Shown: in pieces, positions 13,101-26,650 of the stretch
How positions within the stretch are numbered: position 1 is the first letter of the stretch
Layout of the letters: each line of letters opens with the position of its first letter
Source of the DNA: Vitrella brassicaformis CCMP3155
Lineage: Eukaryota > Protista > Chromerida
Assembly: GCA_001179505.1 (NCBI GenBank)
Contig: CDMY01000338.1
Location: forward strand, 49,572 to 113,571
Direction: 5' to 3'
Length of the DNA: 64,000 nucleotides
Translations under genes and position numbers: made by a program
Notes under the pieces: model-generated
What the model was told of the DNA's origin: nothing
Database searches by the model: none
The model's input: only the letters and a program-made list of their open reading frames with translations

Positions 13101-13585
13101 ATAAGAAACGGCTCAAGATTGTCGTGTACGCGACATTGAAATGTGTGTGTGTGGTTGGATTGGGAGCTTCTCCTCTCTCGGCTTTCCTTCTTTTTCAGGT
13201 ATGACCCGAGCGCAGCGATCGAAGATAGGCGTGACAGCGCCGAAAGCGATCGCGACGGCTCGCCGTCAACAGGCGCCGTCTGGACAAGAGAACTGCCCCT
13301 CGTGAGCACCACCCATCCCCCACACCCCTGACACACCCACATACCTACCACACACGGATGTCTCTCTCCCTTCGCTGCCCATTGCAGGAGCCGACCCTCC
13401 AGGCGATGAAAGACCCCAATGCCTCCACTGCCCTGCAATGGGCTCGGCGCAGCAGCACAGAGGGACTGCTGCACGAGGGAGAGGGCGAGGATGAGGGCAG
13501 GGCTGCGCTGCAGAGGGCGATGAAGGTTATAGTGGAGAGGCTGTCGATGGAGAAGGACGGCAGTCTCACCGTCAAGCTGGCCTGA
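10188..13585 (+). CDS. Hypothetical multi-exon protein with a coiled-coil segment
   Basis: ATG at 10188; coding-like exons at 10868-11500 (heptad-rich KKIDDLEYRVAKLQSERIELL), 12809-13140 and 13389-13585 separated by GT..AG microsatellite introns. No family recognised; could be two genes. Confidence 0.6.
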
Positions 13586-13837
13586 ATCACTATGGTGGTG
13601 CATGGCGTGTGGTGTCTGTGTGCCTGTGGGTGTGGGGTGTGGAGTGTGGCGTGCTCGCCTGTGTGTCTCTCTGTTGGTCTGTGTGTGAGTTTATTGGAAC
13701 GTCTGACGCACACACACACACACACACATCACATCGATCCACATCGACGTATGTATTTGTCCACCCTCTCTCTTCTGCGTATATATTGACACCAGACATA
13801 TCTTACACGATGGATGCGCTCACACACAATTAATTGC

Positions 13838-16800
13838 TCACGCCTTCCCCCCACCACCCTCGCCACGCACCAGCCCCCCCACCAGCTCCCTCAACAAGAT
13901 CCTGTCAGCATGAAACCGGCGCAAAGACAGGCCGCCCCCGCCCTGCAGCCACATGGAGTCCCCCTGGCCCTCAGGGTCGATCTGGGCGTCCCTCGCAGCG
14001 AACCCATTGACTCGCCAGGCCCGTCTCAGGAGAGTGAGCGTCCAGAGTGCCTTGTTGTGGGACGAGGCCGTCCGCTGCCACAGGTTGCCTTCGACAGTCA
14101 GGTGGCCGAACCCGCAGCGGAAAATGTACTCCACAAAACCTGAAAGACCACCACAAGCAAGCGCTGCTCATTGGATGGGATGGCAGGCGCTTCAATTGTG
14201 TGTCGTGTCTCGTACGTACCCTCAAAGTACATTTTGCCGAGACACACATTCGGGGGCGGCTCCGCCCAACTCTTTTTCCGTGGTCCACTACTGCTGATGC
14301 TCCCAGCGGTGTGGGGCGGGCCGGGTGGCGGAGCAGTGGCAGCAAGGACAGACGGCATCCGTGATGACGATCGGGGTGCGCCTGCCCCGCTAGGTGGGTG
14401 TGTGAGGGGGCGGGTTGAGAGGGAGAGGGAGGAAGACGCTGTAGTTCCTGTGTGTGTGGATGAGGAAGTGGGGTCCTCCTCCTTGCCGCACTTGATGCGG
14501 CGCCATAGGTACTGGGCGTGGTAGCGGCCAATTTTCTGTTTGCAGAGAGAGACATATGTATATGAGATTGGGTGTGGGGTGTGTGAAATGGTCTGGCTGT
14601 TTACGTCTGGGAAGAAGTTGAAGTCGACCAGGAACTTCCAGAGGTCGCTGTACAGCAAGAAAGGCTCCTTCCTCACCGACTTATGACGCCTCTCCCGCTC
14701 TCTCCCCTTCTCACCCTCACCCCCACCCGTCTCCCCTCCCTCTCTCTCCCCAGCTGCCGCTGCTTTCTGCTTGCCCTTGGCGGACGAGCCTTCGTCCTTC
14801 CCCTGCACCAGCAAAATCTCCTTCCTCTGACCTTTCTTCGCCCCTGTTCCATTTGCCTTGGGGCCATACGGGGAGGTCGACGGCCGTCGCGCCGTCGCAC
14901 CAGCGCCCATCTGGGAGATCGACCCTCTCCTAGGAGAGGCCGAGGGCTTGTAGGCCTCGCGTGGCGTCCTGATGGAGGGCCTTGACTTCCGACGGGTTAC
15001 CTTTGGCGAAGACGATGGCGCACGGCTGGATGTGGCATCTGATCGGCGGATGAAACATGCGGCGTTGGCCTTGTCGATTCTTTTTTAGGGGCTCACCTTC
15101 TGGCGGTTCCGGTGACTGTGCGGGCGTTGGGTCCGGTGTGATGGGTGAGAGCGACTGCGGGGGGTTGACCAGGAGGGGGAGGGGCGAGGGCTCACGCGCA
15201 CGGATCCGCGGCTGGTGAGACAGGTCTTTCGGGTCTGAAGGGACAGACACACGATTGTTCAGGCATGTGTGTGTGAGGTGTAGGCCCATGGCTGATAGAC
15301 GGACCTTTTGGTGGCACGTGTGTGCGGGAGTAGAGGGAGAAAATGCGCCTCAGGGGGACCTCAAACTGAGCAATCAGCCGAATCACCTCTGGCTCGATCA
15401 GCTGCTGCTCGACTAGATGATGCAACCAGTAGGGGTTGCTGTGCGCCACTCTTGGGATGTCCAGCTCGAGCGGGCCAGCGTCGAACAAGAGCTCCTTCCG
15501 TGGAGTGGGCGGCAGCACCGACGCCGGCTTATCTGATGAGATCGATGACATGAGAGAGAGAGAGAGAGAGAGAGACAAGTGTTTTCGTACCTCTACATAT
15601 ACCTGTCAGTTTTGTGACTTGCGGGGTGGAGTGGACAGGTGTCCTGGTCGAGTGTGTGTGTTTGCCGGAGGAGGGCGCCTCACTCCCAGACGAGGGCACC
15701 AGCAGCGGCGGCAGCAAATCCTTCAGCCGCGGAAGATACTCTGCTATGAAACCACTGATGTCTAAACAACAACCAACGCAAACACAGAGACACCCCCGTA
15801 TGCCGGGATCCCTTTTCCGCATGAAGACTGAATTACAATGGGCAGGTGGCGGTTTCTTCCGCACGGTGCCCTCGACGGTTGGGGGGAGGGGGAGTGGCAG
15901 GGGGCAGCCGTCCTCTGCAGTGAGTATGTCGAAAAGTGCGCCGAGGAAGTTGCGGAAGGGCAGGCCGCCCCTCGATGTGAGGGTGAGGTGGGACACGTGG
16001 GGGTCGCGGTTGCACTCAAAAGCATTGATGGCCTGAGAGAGACGGAGAAACAGACATGTCCCCTCTGTGTGTCTGTCGGCATGTGTGTATAATCTACCTG
16101 TCCAAAGTCTATCACGCCTCCGTAGTTGCGCAGCAACGAAGAATCGATGAGAAACCTGCAAACACAGTGCAAAACAACAACAAAGAGGGAGGGAGTGTAC
16201 AACATCTATGTCTCACTCACTCGTTGACCCACCTGAACCATGAGCACCTCTGCATGGGCGCCTGGGGGCTGGGCCCGACGTACTGGGGATAGTGGAGCAA
16301 CATCTCGCGCAGAACTGTCATCATGGACGGACGAAAACACACGACACGACACAAATGAGCAGATGGACAGAGGGAACAGCAGATGATCATGAGGTCCACC
16401 TGTCTTCTGGTCCTCTCTGAAGAACACGACTTTCTCCTGCAGAGTTTTGCTGTCCGTGTCAGGCTCTGTCTGCAGCGTCTGAGGCTCCTCGCTGCCCTCT
16501 TCCCCAAAATGACCGACCAACGGCTCCAACTCAGCCCCTTCAGGAATAAACTGGTAATACTCCTCATCTCCGCCGAACAGCAGCCGACACCGGTGCTTCC
16601 GTATGGCAGCGTCGCTCAGCCCGGCTTCTTCCCTCATTGTCTCGCCTTCTGTCTTGACCACCTCTCTCCTCCCCTCTCCCTCCCCTCCCTCCATCGGCAA
16701 TGACATCTCGCGCAGCCCCTCCAGCCACTTCTCGACATGCCTCCTGTCTCTCAGCAACGCCCGCTTGGCATTGTAGGTCCGCTGCCATATCGGGATGGCG

Positions 16801-17000
16801 CACTTGGGGGCAACCGACCGGTGCAGGGAGGCCTGGTGCGGCACAGGCGCACAGCGGATCACCCAGTTCCTCGGCGACTTGAGGTCGAGAGTCCCGCCAT
16901 CGGTGAAGAACTCCCGCAGGGTGCGCTTCAGGAGTTTGGTTGGAGGCGGGCTGGGTGACGAGGGGGAGGCGTATTGCGCCGTGGGAGGCTGCAGCTCCAT
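13838..17000 (-). CDS. Hypothetical multi-exon protein
   Basis: Coding-like exons in ORFs 16206..17000, 15529..16161, 15192..15578, 14098..14910 and 13838..14134 (e.g. FLLYSDLWKFLVDFNFFPD, LIAQFEVPLRRIFSLYS) bounded by GT/AG. Function not recognised. Confidence 0.6.
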
Positions 17001-17049
17001 CGTTCAGATTGCCCCTGGGGGCTCCGGGGGCATCGAGCTCGCGAGACGC

Positions 17050-18942
17050 ATGCAGTGCATGCAGATCGTTCCAGCGTGCCTTGCAGCCATGACGGGGGCG
17101 GAATCACCAATCGATTTGCCTGTTGAGGCCCCATCGGCTGTCGGCGCCGTGTCGAGCAAGCGAGAGGGTGGCGAGTTGCACACACAGACAACAGGGGAGA
17201 CGGTGGCAGGGGACGGAGCGGAGGTGGGAGAGGAGGGGTATAGTAACGAGGGCGAGATGGAGAGAACCAGCCTGGATGATGTCCTCAAGAGCTCGGGGGC
17301 GCAACTGGAGGTAGAACATCAGTGAGACGCCTCGGATGGATCTGGGTACTGACTGACTGTCGTTGATTGGTTGACTCAGGTCAAGCGGGTCGACAAGGAC
17401 CGAACCATCATTGGCGACTCGTAAGACCCCAGCAGAGCAGAAACACTCCATGAGACAGACAGACAGACAGACGGACAGACCAACGGCAGTCTCCCTCCCT
17501 CTTTGCGTGTGCCGCGCGGCAGGAGTGCGGACGAGATGAGGGACGCGGCTTTGAAGCAGCAGCGGATGGAGGCCGTGTGGCGGCAGATCAAGGACCTCGG
17601 CCGGAGTGACAAGATGAAGTGGGCCAGCGACAAGAGACACAAGGCCAACAAACTCTACCAGCAACAGAAGTTCAAGTGTGTGCGTCGTTTAATCAAAGTA
17701 GAGAAATACAGAGAGACGTGTCCGTGTCTGTGTGGGGGGGCTCGTGCCTGCAGGCAGGCCATTGAGGAGTACTCAGACTGCCTGCTTGCTTTGGACTTTG
17801 GTAAGCCATCCACCCACCCACCCATGCCATCAATGCATGCCCCCTTTACAGCACTGTCGACAGTATACCATCCATCTCTGCCTGCCTGCCTGCCTGCCTG
17901 CATGCGTGTAGGCAAGAGCGAGGCAGAGGCGCGTGACTGCCAGGAGCACCTGCAGCTGCCCGTCGTCACCAACCTCGCCGCCTGCATGCTCGAAACCAAC
18001 GTTAGTACACACGCATCATGCGCACCAATATTGACTGACACGTATATATACATCGGCACACACGAACGAGAAGAAGACACTTTATATTGCTCACCTGCAT
18101 GGCATGCAGGAGAACAGGCGATGCATCGCACTTTGCGACACGGTCGGCGTCGGCGCCTACAAGGAACACACACACACGGGCATACACACCCATCGATGGG
18201 ACCTGAGACCTTTCTCTGATTTGAGCAGGCGCTGTCGATCGACCCCCGCTGCATCAAGGCCCGTTTTCGCCGCGGGGTGGCGCACCACAGACTGTGCGAG
18301 ACAGATGAAGCGCAGCAGGCAAGAAATACTACACGACGAGCGGCGAACCGTGCGTGGGTGTGGTGTGGGTGTGGATGTGTGCAGGATTTTGTCGAGACGG
18401 TGCGTCTGGTAGATGGGCTGGAGGAGGCCCAGAAAGCCGAAGAATCCCATGTATGTATGTCCCTACGGCTCGGGATGGGCGGTGTGGGGTGGGTTATGTG
18501 TTCCTTCCTTACTTGCTCCCGTGCATGCCATGCCATGCAGCTGCAGCTGAAGAAGCGGGCGAGTGTGTATCTGGACGGCATACAGAGACGCAAAAAGGTC
18601 AGTCAGCCAGTCGACGCTCCCCGCCCTGCCTGTCTATCTGTGTATGTCGGCACGTGTGTGCGTACTCTTAGGTGGACAAAGCCATGTATTCCAGGATGTT
18701 CGCCAAGGACAAACCCCTCTACCCGGTCAGCCAGCGGGCGCGTCACACGTGTGCCTTTTCCTTGCTTGCACTATGATGATTGATGAATGTGTGGACAAAT
18801 GCAGGATAAGCCATCGGCCGGCAGTGCGGCCAGCGGGCCATCTGTGTGGCGTCGGTGGGCGAGGCATGCTGTGCGGGTGTGTGCCCGGCTGCTTGTGAGG
18901 GTCTTCTGCCCAGAACGGAACACACCTAAGAGGGAGGACTGA
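17050..18942 (+). CDS. TPR-repeat protein (FKBP/TTC9-like three-TPR module)
   Basis: Spliced product has KANKLYQQQKFKQAIEEYSDCL, LQLPVVTNLAACMLE, ALSIDPRCIKARFRRGVAHHRL, then KAMYSRMF and a final exon ending PKRED*. Start could be 17050 or 17089. Confidence 0.8.
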
Positions 18943-19584
18943 CTCTGAGCCTCCATGTGTGTGTGTGTGTGTTTCTCTGTGTGGGAAGTTTCTTCATTGT
19001 GTGCCCTGCACTGCATGGACGCGCTGATTCGTTGGCGCGTTTTGGGTGTGTTTGGTGTATTGCGGGTCAGTCATGCCATGCCATGCAGACGAAGTGAGTG
19101 AGTGAGTGAGTGAGAGAGTGAGAGAGACACACACCAGACAGAAAAAGGGCAGGTCGGTACGTGATGTGGGTGTGAAGTTCCGACCTACCTGTAGCTCAGC
19201 TGCCTGCCTGCCTGCCTGCCTTACTACTCCTACTACCTTTATGATAGATATGAGCCAGGAAGGAATAATGGCAACAAATACACAAATGGAGAGACACACA
19301 GACAGAGGGGGCGGTGCGATGGATGCGATGCACCTACAGGCAGTAAGCAGCTAGTCAGCGAGCGACACTCTCTCCTAAATACGCCCGCCCGCCGTCTACT
19401 GACTGACTGCACCAAATGCACAAACGCATGGACGGACGCGATATGCTATATATGCAGCCTAGCCTAGACACACACCACACACACAGAGCCGCATAGTATA
19501 GGACAGCTTAGCCCCTTCCTGTAGATCAGATCGGCCAGCAGATCAGCTCATGTCGTCATGTACACGTATCATCGATATCGGTCT

Positions 19585-22245
19585 TCAATCGTCGCTGGTG
19601 GCTGTGGCAGTAAGCAACGCTTCCCAATCGATCTTCACACACACACACACACACACACAGAAGTATACACAGCCCGCCAGGCAGCCAGCCCTCTGCCTGT
19701 GCCTGTGCCAGCTCACCAATGCCTCAGAGGCCTCCAGATACTCATCTCCTGCCACCACACACATGGCATTACACGTGCCACCCCTCCCCTACCAGCAATA
19801 TACACACCTGTCATGCGTGTGCATTGCCTCGCGCCGCTGACCAGCCCCTCGCCATACGTCCGGCCCACATCTGACGCCTGCACACACACACGCACAGCGC
19901 TCTCTCTCTCTCTCTCTCTCTGACTCTCTGTCTGTCGGGGTGTGTGTGTGTGTGTGTGTGTGAGCTGTACCTTGAGAGAGCACTCGGCAGTGTCGGGCGA
20001 GTAGGTGAAGAATTTGCACCGAGCCTCCCGCTGGCACTCTGTCTGGCACTCCTCTGCAGAGGCCACACCGTCCAGCGGCTTAGATAGGATCTGCACACAC
20101 ACACACACAGGCGCGCACACAGACACACAGACACACACACACACACTCACACACACAGAGTGTGCTGATGTGTGTGTGTGTGTGTGGCGGCCGTACGTCG
20201 AGTCTCTCGAGGTTGACGTCGTATTCGAAGCACCCAATGGACACGTCAGCCACATCCCTGACAGACAGACAGAAGCAAGGAGAGCGGCCTCTGCGTGTGT
20301 GTGGGCAGCGGGGTATGTGGCCGCTCACTTGTCGTCATCTGCATCACCATACGTGTCATCGTCAGCAATGGTCACAGATCGACCTGCACACACAAACGCA
20401 ACGGACACACACACACACACACACACGCGGACGGACAGACACGGATGCACGCCGCGCCGTCATGCGCGCGCGTGTGTTTGTGTGTCTCCGTACGCTTTTT
20501 CTTCTTGCGTGTGACCTCCATGACTCGGCTGGGCGTCCCCCTCTTGTCGCCTCTCAGGAGGGGAATCACACGAACACGACACACAGAACCTGCACACACA
20601 TCACACACATCCCGCGATCAGAGAGAGAAGTGCGGCGTGTGGTGTACTGTGGTGCGTACGCTTGGAGCACTTGTCGGCCTTCCGGAGGGGCACCTTGTGC
20701 TCATACCTGTTGGACACAACCACCACATCACACGCACACACAGCATTCCATTCCCTCTGCGTCACTCGATGTGTGTGTGTGTGTGTGTGGAGGGGGGGGG
20801 AGTAGGGGCTGCTGACTTGTCCTTCTTGATTTCTGCGATCTTGTCTTTGGGCGGGTCATCCTTGCCAGCAAAGACTAACCAACCCTTCAAATGGGTCGCG
20901 CCGTTCCTGCACACACACAGACAGACAGACAGACACACAGACAGATGCCCACTCTGCCAGTGCAACTACAGACAGCATGATGTACACCCCCCCAGTGCAT
21001 TAAGTGAACGCACCAGCTGAAGTGGACGTGTCCGTCTTTGTAAGCGATGCAGGGCGGCTTGGACGGCCGGCCTGACCACCGGAACTTCAGCGCCTGCACA
21101 CACACACACACACACACAATGCACCTTCCTTTATCATCCGGCCACGTTTTGTGTGCTTGAGAACACACAAACCAACCAACCTGGTAGCTGCCATTCCTCT
21201 CTTCGAACTTCATCTCGAGCACTTTGTTGCCGTGTGCGTCGACCTCGGTGTAGAAGGGGATGTTGGTGCGGCCGGCGCCTCCCCAGTTGATGGCCCAGTT
21301 GGGCCCTTTCCCACTCTTATTACCACTTCCGCCGCCGCCAAGCCGCTGTGCACTTCCCATTGCAAAGCCGTACGGCCCCTACACAACCACACACACACCA
21401 TTCGCTCTGTGCGGGCTTGGGGCTGGCGACAGACAGACCTTCTTGCTGAAAACAGGTGTGGCGCGTCCCTTGCTGATGTCCATGTCATACTCGACAGCCT
21501 GTGAGTAGTGGCCCTTGTTTTTGTCGGGCCAGTGGTTGTCGAACATGGTGATGCGGTTGGCGGCGGGGGTGCGGACGTGGTGCTGGTACTTGAAGGGCTC
21601 GATGCCGTCCTTCTCGAGGGCGGTGATGGTGCTGAAGAGGGGGGAGCGGTTGGCGCCTCCGAGCATCCACTCGACCTGCCCGTCGTCCAGGGAGATCTTC
21701 AGCACCTGATTGATTGATAGACACCCACAGACACACATGTTCGTTGAGACGGTTTGTGTGTGCGTGTGCGTGTGTGTAGGGTAGTGTTAGCTACGCACGC
21801 ATAGAGGCCTGAGGGAGAGGAGAATGTTGCCGTCTGTGGTGAAGGCGATGCTGTTGGGGTGCGTCACGTCCAGCTTGCTCTTCTTGCGCTTCCCGATCCT
21901 GATGGTGTGGGTCGGTTGCCATGCCAACACAACGCAGAGCAGACAGCCATGCGGGCGTGGGCGTGGTGTCGTGTGGTGTAGTGTGTGCGTGTCTCTCTCT
22001 CTATGTGTCTCTCACTCTTTGAGCTTGGTCATGCTGAATTTGGCCTTGACGAGCTCCGGAAGCGGCCAGGTGTCCGCGGCACGCCTGACAACACCCATCC
22101 ATGCGTCCATCCATCCATCCATCCACATGACACGCTGACCATTCCATGACGACATCGCCGTTCTTGTCGGTGACCTGCACCACCGCCATGCTCACGTCCA
22201 TCACGGGCAGCCCCGAACCTGCTTTTTGGCACACACAAAGAGAAA

Positions 22246-22277
<32 letters not shown>

Positions 22278-25200
22278 TCCCATGCAGCGCATGTGTGTGG
22301 CTGTGGATGCACAGACTGACTGACCTTTGATGAAGTGTCCGAGGTCGATGGGCTGCTCGTCGTAGACTATCATGGCCTTGAGGTCCCGGTCGCTGTCGAT
22401 GGCTATGTCGTGCTGATCGATTTATTCGTGGACGGGACGCCCACACAGACACAGACACAGACACAGACACACACAGACACACAGACACACACACGCAGAG
22501 AGAGAGAGAGAGAGAGATGTTTGTTGGTCTGAGTGAGGGTCGTGCTGCGTGTCTCAGTCCGTCACCTGATCGGCGACGTGGCCGTGCTTTGCTCTGATTC
22601 GCTTGACGATTTTGTACATGCTGTTGACTTCGAGCCACTCGCGGGACTCCAGCGTCTCACCCGCACTACACCAACACACACACCCACACAATCTAATCTG
22701 TTAGTTCTGTGCCTTCGCCTCTCTCTCTCTCTGTGGGTCTGTCTGTCTGTGTGTACTTGTTGTGCTGCATGGCTCGGTCGTACAGCAGCAGCCTGCCTGG
22801 ATGCAGGGGATACACACACACACACACACATATATCCGTGTGTGTGTAGATGTAGCAGGTGTGTGCTGTGCACTGACCACGGTCAGTGACCCTGAAGACA
22901 CGCTGCCGTGAGTTGGTCCGGTACTTGCACCAAAACACCGGCTGCACAATCAATGAAGGGATGGACACATCGAGACGTGGTGCCCGCGGAAGGCGTACCT
23001 CTCCGCTGCTGTCGACCATCATCCTGTGTGTGTGTTTTGCCACACCGACGCACACACACACACGGGGCGGGGCGGGGTGTGCATAATTCTTGTGTGCGCT
23101 TGACGCAGATGCTTACACGAATGGCTTGCCGGCCACAACAGTGTCCTTGGTGAACGTGTTGACCAAAGACAGGAAGAATATGTAGCTGACACACAGGCAG
23201 ACAGACAGACAGGCAGGCAGACAGGCACACATGACGTCGAGGGACACACGCGCACACACGCAAACAAACACTTCCCACACATACCCTTCGTGTATGTCCG
23301 CATCGTCCTTCGCGCGCTCCGTTATCTTGATGTGCGGGAAGCCCTTCGGCAGTGTCACATAGCGCTTTGTTCTGCACACACGCACACACGAAGACACGAA
23401 GACACACACATCGATGGGCACACACAAATGTTTGCGTGTGTGCGTGTGTGTGTGTGTGTGCGCACGGATGTCTGGCCGACATTGTGCCTGCGTGAGGGTC
23501 CGCCTCAGTCGAGTTGACCACATTATTGAGGTCAGACAGCTCCTGCAGAGGCATACACACACAGAAAGAGAAACAGACAGAAGCACATTGAAATCGGCGT
23601 TCGTTCAGGGATGGGTCGAAGGTTTGCAGACATACCTCGGTCTTGAGATTGCGCCGTCCGCCACTCGCCCGGGCGTCAGGGGAAAAAGGCGTGTTGGTAT
23701 GGTTGTTGTTGTTTTTGTCGGCTTGTTCGTGGTCCTCTGGGTCGACCTGTGAGGGGGTCAACACGCACACACCATAGCCACAGACGGGCGTGTTGTCTGC
23801 ACACCACACACCTGCCAGTCTTCCCTTTCGAACGGACCATAGTCCCATCTCTCGAGCAGCCTCACAGACCACACACACACACACACACACAAAGACTCTC
23901 GTCATCGGTGCGTGTCTGGTGGTGGTGGTGGTGGTGGCGGTGGTGCCTTCCCACTCACTCAACGTGATCCGGTGGCGTGTGGGCGGCGATCTGATCTGCT
24001 GCCTTCGCCCGTTTGTGTTTGTGCGGGTTCTTCACCTTCATGTACTTCCCTCTAAACACACACACACACACACGTGTCAGGTGTGTTTCTGGCTGCCCGC
24101 CCGCCTCCCACATGACTTCAGCTTACACGGGTTTGTCGCTGACGGTGAATGTCCACTTGAGCCCATTGTACGCCTTGCCACCGGCAGACTCGATGCCCGG
24201 CGACACCTTGACAGTGACCTTCTCCCCTTCTGCGAACTCCTTGTGCGGTCTGAAGATCACCGTCCGCTTGTCAGCCTGAAATAAGACACACATCACATGC
24301 AGATGCTCACGCAGACAACGCAATGCGCGCAAGAGAGAGAGATTGGTACGGTTCTGTGCCGTGCCCTACCGAGGTGTATATGCTGCCGCCCATGAAGCCG
24401 CTCTTATCGCCCTTGACGCGCAGGACGTCCTTGACCGACTTCTGGGAGAGCTTCTGGCCTGCATCGACAGATGGATGGATGGATGGATGAATGGACGCAG
24501 GCGCGTATTCGTGTGACACATCACGCCCACGTATCGACCTACCTTGTCTCATGGCGATGGTCGTGACGGGCGACACCCACAGGGCAAAGGGCACCGGATG
24601 CACGTAGCTGAAGTCGCCTGCACACGGCAGAAAGACAGACCCACAGAGCATGGTGTGGTGTGTTGTCTTGTGGTGTGGTGTGGCGGGCTGACCGACCCAG
24701 GTGACCCTTGCCCTTGCCCTTGTCTTTGCCTTTGCCCCTTTTCTGCGCATCGACCATCCGCAGCCCCATGCTGCTGAACTGAGCCCTCCGCAGCTCATGA
24801 GCCGCCGCCTGCGACCCACCGTCACCAGATTGCATTGCACTGAGCCCATCGACCCCCCCTTCCCCTCAGACACGCTTATCACCTGTTCTGTGCCCCAGCT
24901 GGCCCACTGCTCCTCGTCCATGTCGCCCACATCCTCGTGGTAGCTGCACACACAGCAGGCACACAGTCGACACATGTATCCTCCCGTGAGTGTCTGTCTT
25001 TCTGCACGGCTCACACTTCGATGGGCTGGCCATCGTCGTCGAGCGGCACATCAGTGGGGCCACCGTCCTCCCGACCAAAAGTACCTGATGTGACGCGCGT
25101 GACGCACAGAAGCACTCATGTGTGTGTCTGTGTGTCTGGTGGGATTTATCACCCTTGTCGAGTGCCTGAGATGGGAGCCCCAGTCGCCTTTCGAGGGCGT

Positions 25201-25378
25201 CCAGGTAGGCCTCCCTCTCCTGCTCCACCCGAACTGTGTCTGCACTACCACAGAGGAGAGGAGGATACCGACACACAGCGGTTGACTGACCTTCCTGCTG
25301 TGGTTCTGGTGTTGTCGTCACATCTGCGTCGATGCCGCGAAGAGCCAGAGGGAGGAAGAGGAACAGGGTCCTCTTCAT
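19585..25378 (-). CDS. Secreted protein: signal peptide + SbsA/Big_5-like Ig domain + arylsulfotransferase (Arylsulfotran_2-like) + C-terminal PAN/Apple domain; more than 20 exons
   Basis: Signal MKRTLFLFLPLALRGIDA; Ig-like RTVIFRPHKEFAEGEKVTVKVSPGIES...LKWTFTV; ASST motifs DQHDIAI, VVMEWSAAD, DVTHPNSIAFTTDGNILLSLR, VEWMLGG, YQHHVR...ITMFDN, QGSAQRL, INWG, FYTEVDAHG, SWNGAT; Apple CFEYDVNL...SAEECQTECQREARCKFFTY...CSLK...GLVSGARQC. Confidence 0.8.
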
Positions 25379-25503
25379 TGCCAGCCACGTGACGCTGCAC
25401 TCCCTCTGTACTCCCTCTGTACTTTTATTTTGGCTCACGCTGCGAGCTCAGACGCAATGAAGATGAAAGATCTTTCTCCTCTTTTTGTAGCCTGACAGTG
25501 AAG

Positions 25504-26613
25504 ATGAACTTGTGGATGAGCAGCTGTTGGTCAGCCACCCTGCTCGCTCTGTTCTCTCTCACCCCTGTATGCCGTCAGTCAGCTGCATTCACGCCAACAA
25601 CGGTCTTGCGGCTTTCGAGGACTTCGCAACAGCATCAACAGCAGCAGGGGAGGAGAGGACAATGGACGATCCCAAGGGCTGCTGCTGCTGCGTCAGGGGT
25701 CAGCCCTGCCATCGAAGACCACCCCATCGCAACCAGCAGCACCAGCACACTCGACGATGCAACCAAGGAGACTGAAGACAACGACGCGTTATTCTCTGCC
25801 TACGCCAACGACACTCTTCCACCGTCTGCTGTCAGCAGCGTCATCAAACCATCCGAGCCCGGCCCGCCCATCCTCGGCTCACCCTTCCTGCGGACTCTCT
25901 GGGACTTCACCAGACCACACACGCTCATCGGCAGCGCATTATGCATCCCCGCCCTCCACCTGTTCGCGTGGCCGCTCGGCGCATCAGTGCCCCTGCAGCC
26001 ACTGCTCATGTCCATCTTCTGGGCGACCCTGCCGGCGCTGCTGATGAACGTGTACATCACTGGTCTGAACCAGGTGACGGACATCGAGATCGACGCCATC
26101 AACAAGCCCTACCTGCCCATTCCCTCACGCCGCCTCTCGCGGAGGGCGGCGGTGATCGTCGTGGCGTCGTCTCTCGCGCTGTCTTTGGCTGTTGGGTTTG
26201 GGTGTCCCTACTCGACTGGCGGGTTGAGGTGGACCCTCGTCGGGTCAATGCTTCTCGGAACCATCTACTCTCTGCCACCGTTCAGGTGCGGAGTGCATTC
26301 GATATGCGAGAGCCGTCATGCGATACGATTGTTCCACCGTTTTTGTTCTTCTTTTCTTCGTTCAGGTTGAAACGATTCCCGTTGTTGGCGGCCTTGTGCA
26401 TCATCGCGGTGAGGGGCGCGCTGGTGAACTTAGGGTTCTATGCCCATGCCACGCAGGGCGTGTATGCGCCGTGGTTCACCGACGCGCCGCACGCAACCGT
26501 GCTGGGGACGCTCCTGCAGGTAACTAAGTGAGTCAGAAATCATGGGGGAGAGCGCTGTGATGGGGCGTGATCGATGTGGGTGGTGTGGGTGGATTGGTGT
26601 CCCTTTTTTTGTT

Positions 26614-26650
<37 letters not shown>

